NCBI GenBank assembly: GCA_020428905.1
Contig: JAGQLY010000024.1
Coordinates: forward strand, 1 to 55,185
DNA from: Candidatus Kaiserbacteria bacterium
Lineage (GTDB): Bacteria > Patescibacteriota > Minisyncoccia > Phycocordibacterales > UBA918
Length of the DNA: 55,185 nt
Reading direction: 5' to 3'
Numbering within the stretch: the stretch's first letter is position 1; each line of letters opens with the position of its first letter. A program made the position numbers and the translations under genes. Shown in pieces: positions 39,075 to 48,648 of the stretch. The notes below the pieces were generated by a model. That model was not told where the DNA came from. It saw only the letters and a list, made by a program, of their open reading frames with translations, and did not search any database.

Positions 39075-39746
39075 GTGCTGAACGTACGCATTGAGGCATC
39101 GTGGAAAGCGGTGCTGCAAAACGAATTTGTTGCACCATATTTTGCTGATCTCTCTGCGTTCGTACACACCGAATACAGCACACACACCGTATATCCGTCA
39201 CCTAAAGATATTTTCCGCGCTTTCGACCTCTGCCCCTTTGAAGACGTGCGAGTGGTTATTTTGGGTCAAGACCCCTACCACGGCCGCGGACAAGCAAACG
39301 GGCTTTCGTTTGCTGTACCGGAAGGTGTTTCCAATCCTCCGTCGCTTCAAAATATTTTTAAAGAAATACAATCAGATCTTGGTATATCTCTCGTACACAC
39401 CGACGGCGACCTCCGTCGCTGGGCCGAACAGGGAGTGCTCTTGCTCAATGCAACACTCACCGTGCGTGCTAACACCCCCGGATCTCATCAACACAAAGGT
39501 TGGGAAGAATTTACCGATGCGGCGGTACGCCATCTATCAGAACAGCGCGAACCTCTTGTCTTTATGTTGTGGGGCAACTATGCAAAGCAAAAGGGGGCGT
39601 GCATAGATCGCCAGAAGCACTGTGTCCTCGAAGCAGCCCACCCCTCACCATTTTCTGCCCACCACGGGTTTTTTGGGTGCAGACACTTCAGTAAAGCAAA
39701 CGAGTATCTGGTGGCCCATGGCAAAACACCGATTGGCTGGCTGTAA
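39075..39746 (+). CDS. ung: Uracil-DNA glycosylase, family 1
   Basis: 223 aa with a GTG start. VVILGQDPYHG.GQA.GLSF.V, LLLN..LTV, and HPSP at the C-terminal motif. Confidence 0.95.
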   Translation: MLNVRIEASWKAVLQNEFVAPYFADLSAFVHTEYSTHTVYPSPKDIFRAFDLCPFEDVRVVILGQDPYHGRGQANGLSFAVPEGVSNPPSLQNIFKEIQSDLGISLVHTDGDLRRWAEQGVLLLNATLTVRANTPGSHQHKGWEEFTDAAVRHLSEQREPLVFMLWGNYAKQKGACIDRQKHCVLEAAHPSPFSAHHGFFGCRHFSKANEYLVAHGKTPIGWL

Positions 39747-39805
39747 GTAGTAGGTGCGTCGACAGCAAAGAGGTGGTACTATCCATTCTGTACTCGGGAC
39801 AACTT

Positions 39806-40390
39806 ATGAGCTATTCATACAAAATAGAACAGGCAATACGTGCCGCAGCAGTGCTCCATAAAGACCAGGTCCGGCGTGGCCTCGTTCCTATTCCGTATGT
39901 GGCACATTTGTATGCCGTCGCAACACTCATTTCTGATTATACTGAGGATGAAGACACCATTGTCGCGGCACTTCTTCATGACACAATTGAAGACACTGAT
40001 TACACACCTCGAGAGCTTGAAAATGATTTTGGAAGAAACGTCGCTGATATCGTCCTTGGTGTAACCGAAACAGAGAACACTGAGGGAGCTGATTGGGCCA
40101 CTCGAAAAAGAAAATATCTTAAGCAACTAAAAGGCGCTCCCGAAGCATCACTCATTGTGTCTGCAGCTGATAAGATTCACAATATGCGTAACCTCATTGA
40201 GGAGTATTACGATGCGCACGCTCGCTTTATGAAAGATTTTGGCGGTACCTTGGAGGAGCGAGTACGCGTATATCAAGAAATTAGCAACATTCTCAATCGT
40301 CGGCTGAAGAATCCTATTCTGTCTGAGTTCAACCACGTCTTTGAAGAATATAAGAAATTCATCCACCATGTCCAAACGAAACAAAGCTAA
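39806..40390 (+). CDS. HD-domain (p)ppGpp hydrolase (RelA/SpoT HD only)
   Basis: A...H..Q.R.....PY..H...VA and AALLHDTIEDT. ATG 39806 is preferred; GTG 39773 is possible. Confidence 0.8.
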   Translation: MSYSYKIEQAIRAAAVLHKDQVRRGLVPIPYVAHLYAVATLISDYTEDEDTIVAALLHDTIEDTDYTPRELENDFGRNVADIVLGVTETENTEGADWATRKRKYLKQLKGAPEASLIVSAADKIHNMRNLIEEYYDAHARFMKDFGGTLEERVRVYQEISNILNRRLKNPILSEFNHVFEEYKKFIHHVQTKQS

Positions 40391-42206
40391 TCCCCAATTC
40401 ACCTACACTCCCACACAGACACTGCCTACTTTAAGAAAAATTGAAACGGAGTGGGATTTAAAAAAGTATTTCTATACTTCAGAAAAAGACCCGAACATCG
40501 AAAAAGATGTTGTGTCTGACGAGCGTGCGTATGCTGCATTTGCCAAAAAGTACCGAGGGCGAGATTTCACTTCATCTGCATACATTCTCATGCACGCCCT
40601 AAAAGACTATGAAAAATTACTTGCTCGGGGCAGGATGACAAGGGCGCTGTATTACTTACACTATCGCACCACGCTTAATGCAAAAGATACTATTGCTGAA
40701 AAAAAACTTAACCTTCTTGAGGATCGTGCAAATAAGGCAACCAATCAGGTTCTTTTCTTTGAACTGACACTGGGAAAGATACCAAAGGCAAGGCAAAAAC
40801 AATACCGCAAAGAAAAGATACTTGCGCCCTATCACTACCTCCTTACTAAGGTCTTTAAGGAGGGGGGCCATCACCTTACTGATGCTGAAGAGAGAGTAAT
40901 CAACCTACTTTCAGCGTCTTCTTCGGGAATGTGGTCCTTAATGGTAGAAAAGATCATAAGCAACAGACACATTATGTTCGAGGGTAAAAAACTGGCGCTC
41001 CCCGAGGCATTTGAAACCATCGATGTGCATACTCCGGCTAAAAAAACGGTGTTGTGGAATAAAATCTTGGATGAATTAGAACAAATCTCTGAAGTTTCAG
41101 AAAACGAGCTGACCGCTCTTGTGTCTCGAAAGAAAACTCTGGACGAGCTTCGCAACTATGCAAAGCCGTACTCAGCAACCGTCCTCCGGTACGAAAACGA
41201 AGAGCGGGGTGTTGAAGCGCTTGTTGACGCTATCAGTGCTCAAGGCTTCGCACTGAGCAAAAAATTTTACAAACTCAAGGCAAAATATCACGCCGTACTC
41301 CAGCTACCCTACGAACATAAATACAACACGATAGGTGAAAACCCTAAAGTTTCTTTCGAGGATGCGGTGGAAATCTGTCGAGATGCGTTTTATGGTACGA
41401 AGAGAGAGTACGGGGAATACTTTGACACTATGTTAACCGAGGGAAACATCGATGTGTACCCCAAAAGCGGCAAGCGCGGTGGAGCGTTTATGTCATACAC
41501 TCCCGGTACCCCCGAACAGCCGATATTCGTGTTCCTTAACCACACTGACAACTTCTCATCACTCCAAACACTTGCGCATGAAATGGGACACGGCCTCCAT
41601 TCGGCTCGCAGCAAGAAACAGAAGCCATTGTACGAGAGTTGCACAATAACTACCGCGGAGACGGCAAGTACATTATTTGAAAATATTGTGTTTACTACTT
41701 TTTTCAAACAAGCCCCCATCGAACAACGTGCATCACTTCTCCATGATAAAATTACTCGAGATATCGCTACTATTCAACGCCAAATTGCATTCTTTAATTT
41801 TGAATTGGAAATGCATCAGACCATTCGATCACACGGTGCAATTTCGAAGGAAGAGCTAAATGTGTTGATGGCCAAACACCTCCGGTCATATCTTGGTCCG
41901 GGAGTAAACGTAACCGAGCGCGATGGTCTCTCGCATGTATACGTACATCACTTTCGGTCTATGTTTTACGTATACACCTATACCTACGGCATTCTCATGA
42001 GCAACATCATGCAACAACGACTTGCTGCAGACCCAAAATATATTAAGGAAATAGACAACTTTCTTTCTGCGGGAGGATCTGATACCGTAGAGAATATCTT
42101 TCAAACTATTGGTATAAACGCACGGAAGGTGGAGACTTTCTTGGAAAGTCTTGAGGCACACGCTGCAGATATTCGCACTTTTGAAAAAATGATTTCGAAA
42201 AAATAA
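40368..42206 (+). CDS. M3-family oligoendopeptidase (PepF-like)
   Basis: ~612 aa. Zinc motif HEMGH with a downstream E. The start is taken as ATG 40368, which overlaps the upstream gene by 23 nt. Confidence 0.85.
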   Translation: MSKRNKANPQFTYTPTQTLPTLRKIETEWDLKKYFYTSEKDPNIEKDVVSDERAYAAFAKKYRGRDFTSSAYILMHALKDYEKLLARGRMTRALYYLHYRTTLNAKDTIAEKKLNLLEDRANKATNQVLFFELTLGKIPKARQKQYRKEKILAPYHYLLTKVFKEGGHHLTDAEERVINLLSASSSGMWSLMVEKIISNRHIMFEGKKLALPEAFETIDVHTPAKKTVLWNKILDELEQISEVSENELTALVSRKKTLDELRNYAKPYSATVLRYENEERGVEALVDAISAQGFALSKKFYKLKAKYHAVLQLPYEHKYNTIGENPKVSFEDAVEICRDAFYGTKREYGEYFDTMLTEGNIDVYPKSGKRGGAFMSYTPGTPEQPIFVFLNHTDNFSSLQTLAHEMGHGLHSARSKKQKPLYESCTITTAETASTLFENIVFTTFFKQAPIEQRASLLHDKITRDIATIQRQIAFFNFELEMHQTIRSHGAISKEELNVLMAKHLRSYLGPGVNVTERDGLSHVYVHHFRSMFYVYTYTYGILMSNIMQQRLAADPKYIKEIDNFLSAGGSDTVENIFQTIGINARKVETFLESLEAHAADIRTFEKMISKK

Positions 42207-42209
42207 CGT

Positions 42210-44090
42210 ATGTCAGGAAACGAGATTCGAGCAGCATATCTGAAGTTTATGGAGGAACGAGGTCATACCATCGTGCCATCGTCTGCGCTCGTGCCCGAGA
42301 ATGACCCAACGACACTGTTTACCGGAAGTGGTATGCAGCCGCTCATGCCGTTTCTTATGGGGGAACCACATCCAAAGGGTACTCGTGTGGTGGATTCACA
42401 AAAATGTTTCCGCGCTGAAGATATCGAAGAGGTAGGGGACAACCGACACACAACCTTCTTCGAGATGTTGGGCAACTGGTCGTTTGGTGATTATTTTAAA
42501 GAAGAGCAACTCACTTGGTTTTATTCATTTCTGACCGACACCGTTGGACTCGACCCCGAACGCCTCTACGTAACCGTATTCCAAGGTGACGAAGAACACG
42601 ACCTGCCGCGTGACACTGACTCAGTCGCTATTTGGCAACGGCTCTTTGATGAAAAGGGTGTTTCAAACGAAGTTGCTGACATCGGTTCTGAAGCAGCAGG
42701 TGGCAAGCGGGGCATCAACGACGGTGAACGTATTTTTTATTACGATGCTAAGAAAAACTGGTGGAGTAGAGCGGGTAAACCCGCAAACATGCCCGTCGGT
42801 GAACCAGGCGGTCCTGATAGTGAGATGTTTTATGACTTTGGTATCGAACATAATCCAAAATTTGGTACATACTGTCACCCCAACTGCGACTGCGGCCGAT
42901 TTATGGAGATTGGCAATTCAGTGTTTATGGAGTATCTCAAAACTGAAAACGGTTTTAAGAAGCTACCGAAGCAGAATGTGGACTTCGGCGGCGGACTTGA
43001 ACGTATTGTCGCAGCGTCACTGCACAGCACTAACGGGGTGAACGATGTGTTTAAAACTGACCTATTTGCTCCGACAATGGCTGCACTCGAGCAACTTTCT
43101 GGCAAAACGTACACCGACAACCTTCTTGCATTTCGGGTTATTGCAGACCACCTCCGTGGAGCCGTATTTATGATCGGTGACGGTATTCTGCCCGGTAATA
43201 CCGAACAAGGATATTTCGTACGTCGTTTAATTCGCCGTGCAGTACGCTACGCGGATATGCTGGGAGTGCCTGAAGGCAACTTCGCACACATTGCTGACAG
43301 TGTTATTAATCTGTATCATGCGCAGTATCCGAATCTCAAGGAAACATGTAACGACATTAAGACAGCCATCGAAAAAGAAGAAGCGCAGTTTCGAAAGACG
43401 CTCACTCGCGGTCTTGCTGAATTTGAGAAGATTGCACAGGGAGGCGCAGTGACTGGCACCGATGCCTTTGTGCTCTTTACCACATACGGCTTCCCGTACG
43501 AACTCACCGAGGAACTTGCGACTGAACGAAACCTTTCGGTTGACCGAAAGGAATTTGAGGCACAAATGGCTGAACACCAGGAAAAATCCCGACTCGGCGC
43601 AGAACAAAAGTTTAAGGGTGGACTCGCAGATAATTCTGAAAAAGTGCTGCAATACCACACTACAACACATCTCTTACTTGCCGCACTGCGAGAGATACTA
43701 GGCAATCACGTACACCAAGCGGGTTCAAATATTACCGGAGAACGGCTACGCTTCGACTTCACTCATCCGGAAAAGGTTGAACGTGAGACTCTCGATCGCA
43801 TTGAAACGTGGGTGAACAACGCTATCACAGTCGGCGGAGACGTGACTATTACACCAATGTCTAAGGTAGCGGCAGAAAGTGATCCGACTGTGGAGGGAAG
43901 TTTTTGGGACCGTTACCCTGATGAAGTGAATGTCTACCAAGTTACCGGAAACGACGGCACTATTTTCTCAAAGGAACTTTGTGGTGGGCCACACGTGGGA
44001 GCTCTGGGTGATATCAGGGGAACATTCAAGATTACCAAGGAAGAGTCTTCCTCTGCAGGCGTACGTCGTATTAAGGCAGTGCTTGAATAG
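42210..44090 (+). CDS. alaS: Alanine--tRNA ligase, short form without the C-Ala domain
   Basis: 626 aa. FTGSGMQP, FEMLGNWSFGDYFK, editing-site HTTTHLL and CGGPHV. It ends shortly after the editing domain. Confidence 0.95.
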   Translation: MSGNEIRAAYLKFMEERGHTIVPSSALVPENDPTTLFTGSGMQPLMPFLMGEPHPKGTRVVDSQKCFRAEDIEEVGDNRHTTFFEMLGNWSFGDYFKEEQLTWFYSFLTDTVGLDPERLYVTVFQGDEEHDLPRDTDSVAIWQRLFDEKGVSNEVADIGSEAAGGKRGINDGERIFYYDAKKNWWSRAGKPANMPVGEPGGPDSEMFYDFGIEHNPKFGTYCHPNCDCGRFMEIGNSVFMEYLKTENGFKKLPKQNVDFGGGLERIVAASLHSTNGVNDVFKTDLFAPTMAALEQLSGKTYTDNLLAFRVIADHLRGAVFMIGDGILPGNTEQGYFVRRLIRRAVRYADMLGVPEGNFAHIADSVINLYHAQYPNLKETCNDIKTAIEKEEAQFRKTLTRGLAEFEKIAQGGAVTGTDAFVLFTTYGFPYELTEELATERNLSVDRKEFEAQMAEHQEKSRLGAEQKFKGGLADNSEKVLQYHTTTHLLLAALREILGNHVHQAGSNITGERLRFDFTHPEKVERETLDRIETWVNNAITVGGDVTITPMSKVAAESDPTVEGSFWDRYPDEVNVYQVTGNDGTIFSKELCGGPHVGALGDIRGTFKITKEESSSAGVRRIKAVLE

Positions 44091-44112
44091 CAAACTCTGT
44101 GCCTGTAGATAG

Positions 44113-44139
44113 CCCCGCCGGCGCTTCGCGCCGGCGGGG
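44113..44139 (+). terminator. GC-only hairpin CCCCGCCGGCGC-ttc-GCGCCGGCGGGG after alaS
   Basis: 12-bp stem with no U-tract. TATACT of the next gene follows directly. Confidence 0.6.
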
Positions 44140-44153
44140 TATACTTATACGTA

Positions 44154-45356
44154 ATGGGACTTTTTGGGTTTGGTGGTCGTTCTTCAGACGCACAGTACGG
44201 TGCTCTTTTTGATGTTGGATCAGGAAGTGTTGGTGTTGCCATTGTGCGCTCTGATCACACAAAACCGCAACCCGAGGTCATTTATGCTGAACGGATATCA
44301 ACACGCGCCACGCTTATGGCAGACCGGGACGAAATTGTACGAGGTATGCGGGAAGCACTCTTCACTGCAAGTCTCAACCTCGCAAAAACAGGCATCCACG
44401 AACTACGTTCTAAGGATTCTCGAGGCACCATCAGTAAACTTTTGGTCACCGGCTCTGCGCCATGGTCATACACCATCTCCAAAAACATCCTTTCAACACA
44501 TGATACAGAAGTGAAGGTGACCAAAGCACTCCTAGACGACTTAGTAGAAAATGCTGAAACGGAAATGACTGACGACCTTGAGGAAGATACTATCAGTAAC
44601 GCCCTCGGGCTCACTATCGTTGAACGAGCCACAATCGATGTGCGTATAAACGGCTACTCAGTACGAGAACCGGTCGGTCTTAGGGGTAAAAATATCTCTC
44701 TATCACACATTACGGGCTTGTTACAAAAAGAAGTACTCGATGCACTCGATGAGGTCGAGGAAAAAATATTCCCCAATACATCACTCAGCGCACACAGCTT
44801 TATGTTGGTAAACTACTGCGTTCTTCGTGACGCCTTTTCTGAAGTCGATAACGTTACTATCATAGATGTCACCACCGAAGCAACTGAAATCGGCGTCGTA
44901 CAAGATGGGGTACTTAATTACTCCACACATGCCCGACACGGCCTCAATACATTACTGCGCAGTATTGTGGCGACAACAAATACTGCTCGGGAGGACGCGC
45001 TATCTCTACTTCGTGGCTATGTCGAAAATACGATAACTGATAAAGAACGTACTCGTATTGAACACTACATCACTCAGTATGCACACGAAATAGCTAAAAC
45101 ACTCAAAAAAATCCAACAAAAAGAGCCTGTGCAAACAACTCTTGCCATAACAGCACCCTTTGAATCGTTGGCATTTTATCGCACCATATTGCCAGCTATA
45201 GTAAGTGACGCAACCGGTATCGAGGTTTCCTTGCTACCTTTTGATATACTAGGGAAGGGGGGCATTGACCACATACCTGCACAAGATATATACCTGGCCA
45301 TTATTGCCCGATTTTTCCACAAGTTGCATGGCTGTGGAGAGCTTAATAGTGCTTAA
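44154..45356 (+). CDS. Actin/HSP70-fold protein, FtsA/PilM-like, with a degenerate second phosphate motif
   Basis: 400 aa. Phosphate-1-like ALFDVGSGSVGVAIV. A second-lobe region TIIDVTTEATEIGVV replaces the canonical DIGGGTTD. Confidence 0.5.
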   Translation: MGLFGFGGRSSDAQYGALFDVGSGSVGVAIVRSDHTKPQPEVIYAERISTRATLMADRDEIVRGMREALFTASLNLAKTGIHELRSKDSRGTISKLLVTGSAPWSYTISKNILSTHDTEVKVTKALLDDLVENAETEMTDDLEEDTISNALGLTIVERATIDVRINGYSVREPVGLRGKNISLSHITGLLQKEVLDALDEVEEKIFPNTSLSAHSFMLVNYCVLRDAFSEVDNVTIIDVTTEATEIGVVQDGVLNYSTHARHGLNTLLRSIVATTNTAREDALSLLRGYVENTITDKERTRIEHYITQYAHEIAKTLKKIQQKEPVQTTLAITAPFESLAFYRTILPAIVSDATGIEVSLLPFDILGKGGIDHIPAQDIYLAIIARFFHKLHGCGELNSA

Positions 45357-45383
45357 CGAGCTTATACTAACGAAACATATTGT

Positions 45384-46703
45384 ATGTCACAAAAATGGAA
45401 TCTGCAGGACATCAAACCCACTGACTCTGGTGTACCTAAGCGACGAGCACCACAACGACGTGTGTCCACCCCAACTCCTCCACCAACACCGAGTACACCG
45501 GCACGTGATCCACGCACAACACCAATTGCAAAACTCAATAACGGTTCCCAGTGGGGAGGAAAAGTGAAGCTTATTGTGGGTATTGTTGTGATCGTGGGTA
45601 TTGGATTTGTGGCCAGTGGATTTTTCAGTGGTGCAGATCTCACTGTGTACCCTAAATATCGAAATACCAGCGTTCAAACGACGGTAACTGCATACGCTGA
45701 ACCAGCAGGAAATGAGCTAAGTTACGAACTCTTGGTACTTGAAGCAAACGGAGAACGACAAGTGACTGCCACGGGGGAAGAAACGGTTTCTGAACGTGCG
45801 GTTGGCAGCATTTCTATTTACAATGAATACAGTACTGCACCGCAACGCCTGATCAAAAACACTCGTTTTGAGTCTCCTGATGGTCATATATATCGTATTG
45901 AGGAGTCGGTCGAAGTACCAGGAACAAGCAAAGATGAAGACGGTGGTCTCGTCCCCGGTGTTGTTACTGCCAAAGTATTTGCTGATGGCACTGGTGAAGC
46001 GTATAACATTGATCCGGCAACATTCACCATCCCCGGTCTTGTCGGGTCAGAGCAGTTTGAAAAAATGTATGCCAAATCAACAGTCGCGTTTACTGGCGGC
46101 TTTGACGGGGTACGGTACGTTGTAGAAGATACCGAGCGTATGGCTGCACAAGAGTCACTCCACACCGAACTGAAAGAAGCGCTGCTGAAGAAACTTGACG
46201 AGGAACGACCCCTTGGCTTTGTCGTATACCCAGACGCAGCAACCTTTACCTTCAATCCACTTCCAACAACCGAGTACGACGAAACTCTGGTGACTGTCAA
46301 AGAACGTGGGCGTATGGAGGTGCCACTCTTCAAAGAATCTGAGTTCGCAGCATTCCTTGCAAAGAACACCGTGCCTGGCTACGAAGATGATGAGGCAGTG
46401 TACTTGACCGATTATGCAAAACTCCAATTTGACTACCAAAGTACCGGCACAACCACTACAGAAACGACAACCGCCATCAGCTTTAATCTAAGTGGAAATA
46501 TCGAGATCGTGTGGGATTTTGACGCACACAGGCTCCGAAAGGACGTCGTCGGACTCTCTAAAACAGCCATTCCTTCAGTACTTACAGGTTATCCAGCAAT
46601 CGAACGAGCTGAGGCGGTTATCAAACCGTTCTGGGCAAACACCTTCCCGGACACCGAAGACGACATCCGGATTCATACCGTTATTAGCGATCAGGCAGAG
46701 TAG
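45384..46703 (+). CDS. Hypothetical bitopic membrane protein (Pro-rich cytoplasmic N-tail, one TM, large external domain)
   Basis: 439 aa. TM LIVGIVVIVGIGFVASGFF. No motif recognised. Confidence 0.65.
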   Translation: MSQKWNLQDIKPTDSGVPKRRAPQRRVSTPTPPPTPSTPARDPRTTPIAKLNNGSQWGGKVKLIVGIVVIVGIGFVASGFFSGADLTVYPKYRNTSVQTTVTAYAEPAGNELSYELLVLEANGERQVTATGEETVSERAVGSISIYNEYSTAPQRLIKNTRFESPDGHIYRIEESVEVPGTSKDEDGGLVPGVVTAKVFADGTGEAYNIDPATFTIPGLVGSEQFEKMYAKSTVAFTGGFDGVRYVVEDTERMAAQESLHTELKEALLKKLDEERPLGFVVYPDAATFTFNPLPTTEYDETLVTVKERGRMEVPLFKESEFAAFLAKNTVPGYEDDEAVYLTDYAKLQFDYQSTGTTTTETTTAISFNLSGNIEIVWDFDAHRLRKDVVGLSKTAIPSVLTGYPAIERAEAVIKPFWANTFPDTEDDIRIHTVISDQAE

Positions 46704-46718
46704 CAGCCCACACCCTAC

Positions 46719-46747
46719 TTGACGCTTATTCTCAATTTTGGTAAACT
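46719..46747 (+). promoter_or_regulatory. Candidate promoter TTGACG-N17-TAAACT for infA and the ribosomal protein cluster
   Basis: Hexamers at 46719-46724 and 46742-46747, with 12 nt between the -10 and ATG 46760. Confidence 0.45.
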
Positions 46748-46759
46748 CTCCACCGTTTG

Positions 46760-46981
46760 ATGGAAAAAGAGTCAGACAAAGATAATCTCGTCTACGGCAC
46801 AGTGGAGGAGGCGCTTCCAAATGCGCTTTTTCGCGTTCAGATGGACGGGGAAGAAGAGCCGAAGCTTGCGTACCTCGCAGGTAAAATGCGGAAGTTTCGC
46901 ATCCGCGTACTGGTAGGAGATCGTGTCGGTATTGTGCCCGATCCATATGGTGGCAAGGGACGCATTACTAAACGAATGTAA
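46760..46981 (+). CDS. infA: Translation initiation factor IF-1
   Basis: S1-like fold: [12 protein letters not shown]......[17 protein letters not shown]. Confidence 0.93.
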   Translation: MEKESDKDNLVYGTVEEALPNALFRVQMDGEEEPKLAYLAGKMRKFRIRVLVGDRVGIVPDPYGGKGRITKRM

Positions 46982-47010
46982 TACAGTGCATTTGCGATTA
47001 TTTACGACAT

Positions 47011-47127
47011 ATGAAAGTACGATCATCCGTTAAAAAAATCAGTCCTGACGATATTATCGTTCGCCGACGAGGAACTATTTATGTAATTAACAAAAAGAAG
47101 CCTCGAAATAAGCAACGACAAGGCTAA
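47011..47127 (+). CDS. rpmJ: 50S ribosomal protein L36 (Cys-less form)
   Basis: 38-aa ORF missed by the track size cutoff: [38 protein letters not shown]. It sits in the conserved infA-rpmJ-rpsM position. Confidence 0.9.
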   Translation: MKVRSSVKKISPDDIIVRRRGTIYVINKKKPRNKQRQG

Positions 47128-47138
47128 CACACTACTGT

Positions 47139-47516
47139 ATGCGTATTGCAGGTATCACAATTCCAGACAACAAGCACCTCGAGTATGGTCTCACTGCTGT
47201 ACACGGCATAGGCATTTCTCGCGCACAGGATATTTTGGATGAACTCAACATAGCACGTGTAGCAAGGCCAGCAGATCTTTCAACCGATCAAGAAAACGCT
47301 ATTCGAGAGAAAATTGAATCATTCACCATTGAAGGAGACCTCAAGCGAATGATCGCAAGCAACATTAAGCGTCTTAAAGACATTCAGTCATACCGTGGTA
47401 CGCGACACGCACGCAGACTCCCTGCTCGTGGCCAGCGGACCAAGACCAACGCACGTACGCTTAAGGGTGTTAAGAAGACTATGGGATCTGGACGTCGCAA
47501 GCTTGAAAAGACCTAG
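47139..47516 (+). CDS. rpsM: 30S ribosomal protein S13
   Basis: MRIAGI.IP..K......L..I.GIG; YRG.RH...LP.RGQRT.TNART. Confidence 0.96.
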   Translation: MRIAGITIPDNKHLEYGLTAVHGIGISRAQDILDELNIARVARPADLSTDQENAIREKIESFTIEGDLKRMIASNIKRLKDIQSYRGTRHARRLPARGQRTKTNARTLKGVKKTMGSGRRKLEKT

Positions 47517-47545
47517 AAGCTAATACATAACAGTACACACTACCT

Positions 47546-47977
47546 ATGGGTAAGAAACGAATTATCAAAAAAGCAGGAGGATCAGACGCGAGTGGTGCAT
47601 CACGTGCGCTTAACCGTGTCATGAAAAAAAAGGTTCCTTCAGGAATCCTCAATATTCTTGCAACTTTCAACAACACTATCGTGACTCTCGCTGACGCGAA
47701 AGGAAATTCTCTCATCGCTGCATCAAGTGGCGCTCTCGGATTTAAGGGTTCACGAAAAAGCACCCCCTTCGCCGCTGCAAAGGTTGGTGAAATTCTTGCC
47801 GACAAAGCAATCGAAATGGGTATGAAGGAGGCGACCGTGGTGATTCGTGGTGTGGGCGCAGGACGAGAGTCTGCGCTTCGTGCGTTTGCGGGCAAAGGTA
47901 TTACCGTCACGAAGATTACTGACCGCACACCGGTGCCACATAACGGTCCTCGAGCACCGAAAGCACGACGTGTGTAG
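47546..47977 (+). CDS. rpsK: 30S ribosomal protein S11
   Basis: ..FNNTIVT..D..GN....SSG..GFKGSRKSTPFAA; ...D.TP.PHNG.R..K.RR. Confidence 0.96.
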   Translation: MGKKRIIKKAGGSDASGASRALNRVMKKKVPSGILNILATFNNTIVTLADAKGNSLIAASSGALGFKGSRKSTPFAAAKVGEILADKAIEMGMKEATVVIRGVGAGRESALRAFAGKGITVTKITDRTPVPHNGPRAPKARRV

Positions 47978-48016
47978 TACGTCATAATTTTAATTCATTT
48001 CACTCATTACAAAATT

Positions 48017-48625
48017 ATGAAAATAGGACCAAAATTCAAAATTGCAAAGCGTCTCGGGGCACCAATTTTTGAAAAGACTCAGACTCAGAAGTTTGCTCTT
48101 TCTGAAGCGCGTGCAGGCAAGCGTCGCAAAGGCCGTCCAGGTGCAATGACCGACTATAAACGTCAGCTTATCGAGAAACAAAAGATGCGCTTTAGTTACG
48201 GTATTTCTGAACGACAGCTCCGACGATACGTCGATGAGGCAATTGCACATGGACATCAGCCAATCACACTTCTTATCGGCCGACTTGAATCCCGCCTTGA
48301 TAACGTTGTGTATCGACTCGGACTTGCAAAGACCCGACGACTCGCACGACAGATGGTCTCACACGGGCACATTACCGTGAACGGACGCCGCCTTACCATT
48401 CCGTCACACAAGGTAGACATCGGCGACACTGTAGCAGTACGAGAGGGAAGCCGCGCATCAGGACTCTTTACCACGATTGTAGACGACCACGAATCTGCTG
48501 GGGTGCCGCACTGGCTTAGTTTTGACTTGAAGAAGTTGTCTGGTGAAAAGAAATCAGAACCGACCTATGAACCCTCAGAGACTCTGTTTGATCCGCAGCA
48601 AATTCTTGAGTTTTACAGCCGTTAA
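48017..48625 (+). CDS. rpsD: 30S ribosomal protein S4
   Basis: S4 N-terminal region and S4 RNA-binding domain ([27 protein letters not shown]). Confidence 0.96.
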   Translation: MKIGPKFKIAKRLGAPIFEKTQTQKFALSEARAGKRRKGRPGAMTDYKRQLIEKQKMRFSYGISERQLRRYVDEAIAHGHQPITLLIGRLESRLDNVVYRLGLAKTRRLARQMVSHGHITVNGRRLTIPSHKVDIGDTVAVREGSRASGLFTTIVDDHESAGVPHWLSFDLKKLSGEKKSEPTYEPSETLFDPQQILEFYSR

Positions 48626-48648
48626 TAACTAGTAATAACAATAGTCGT

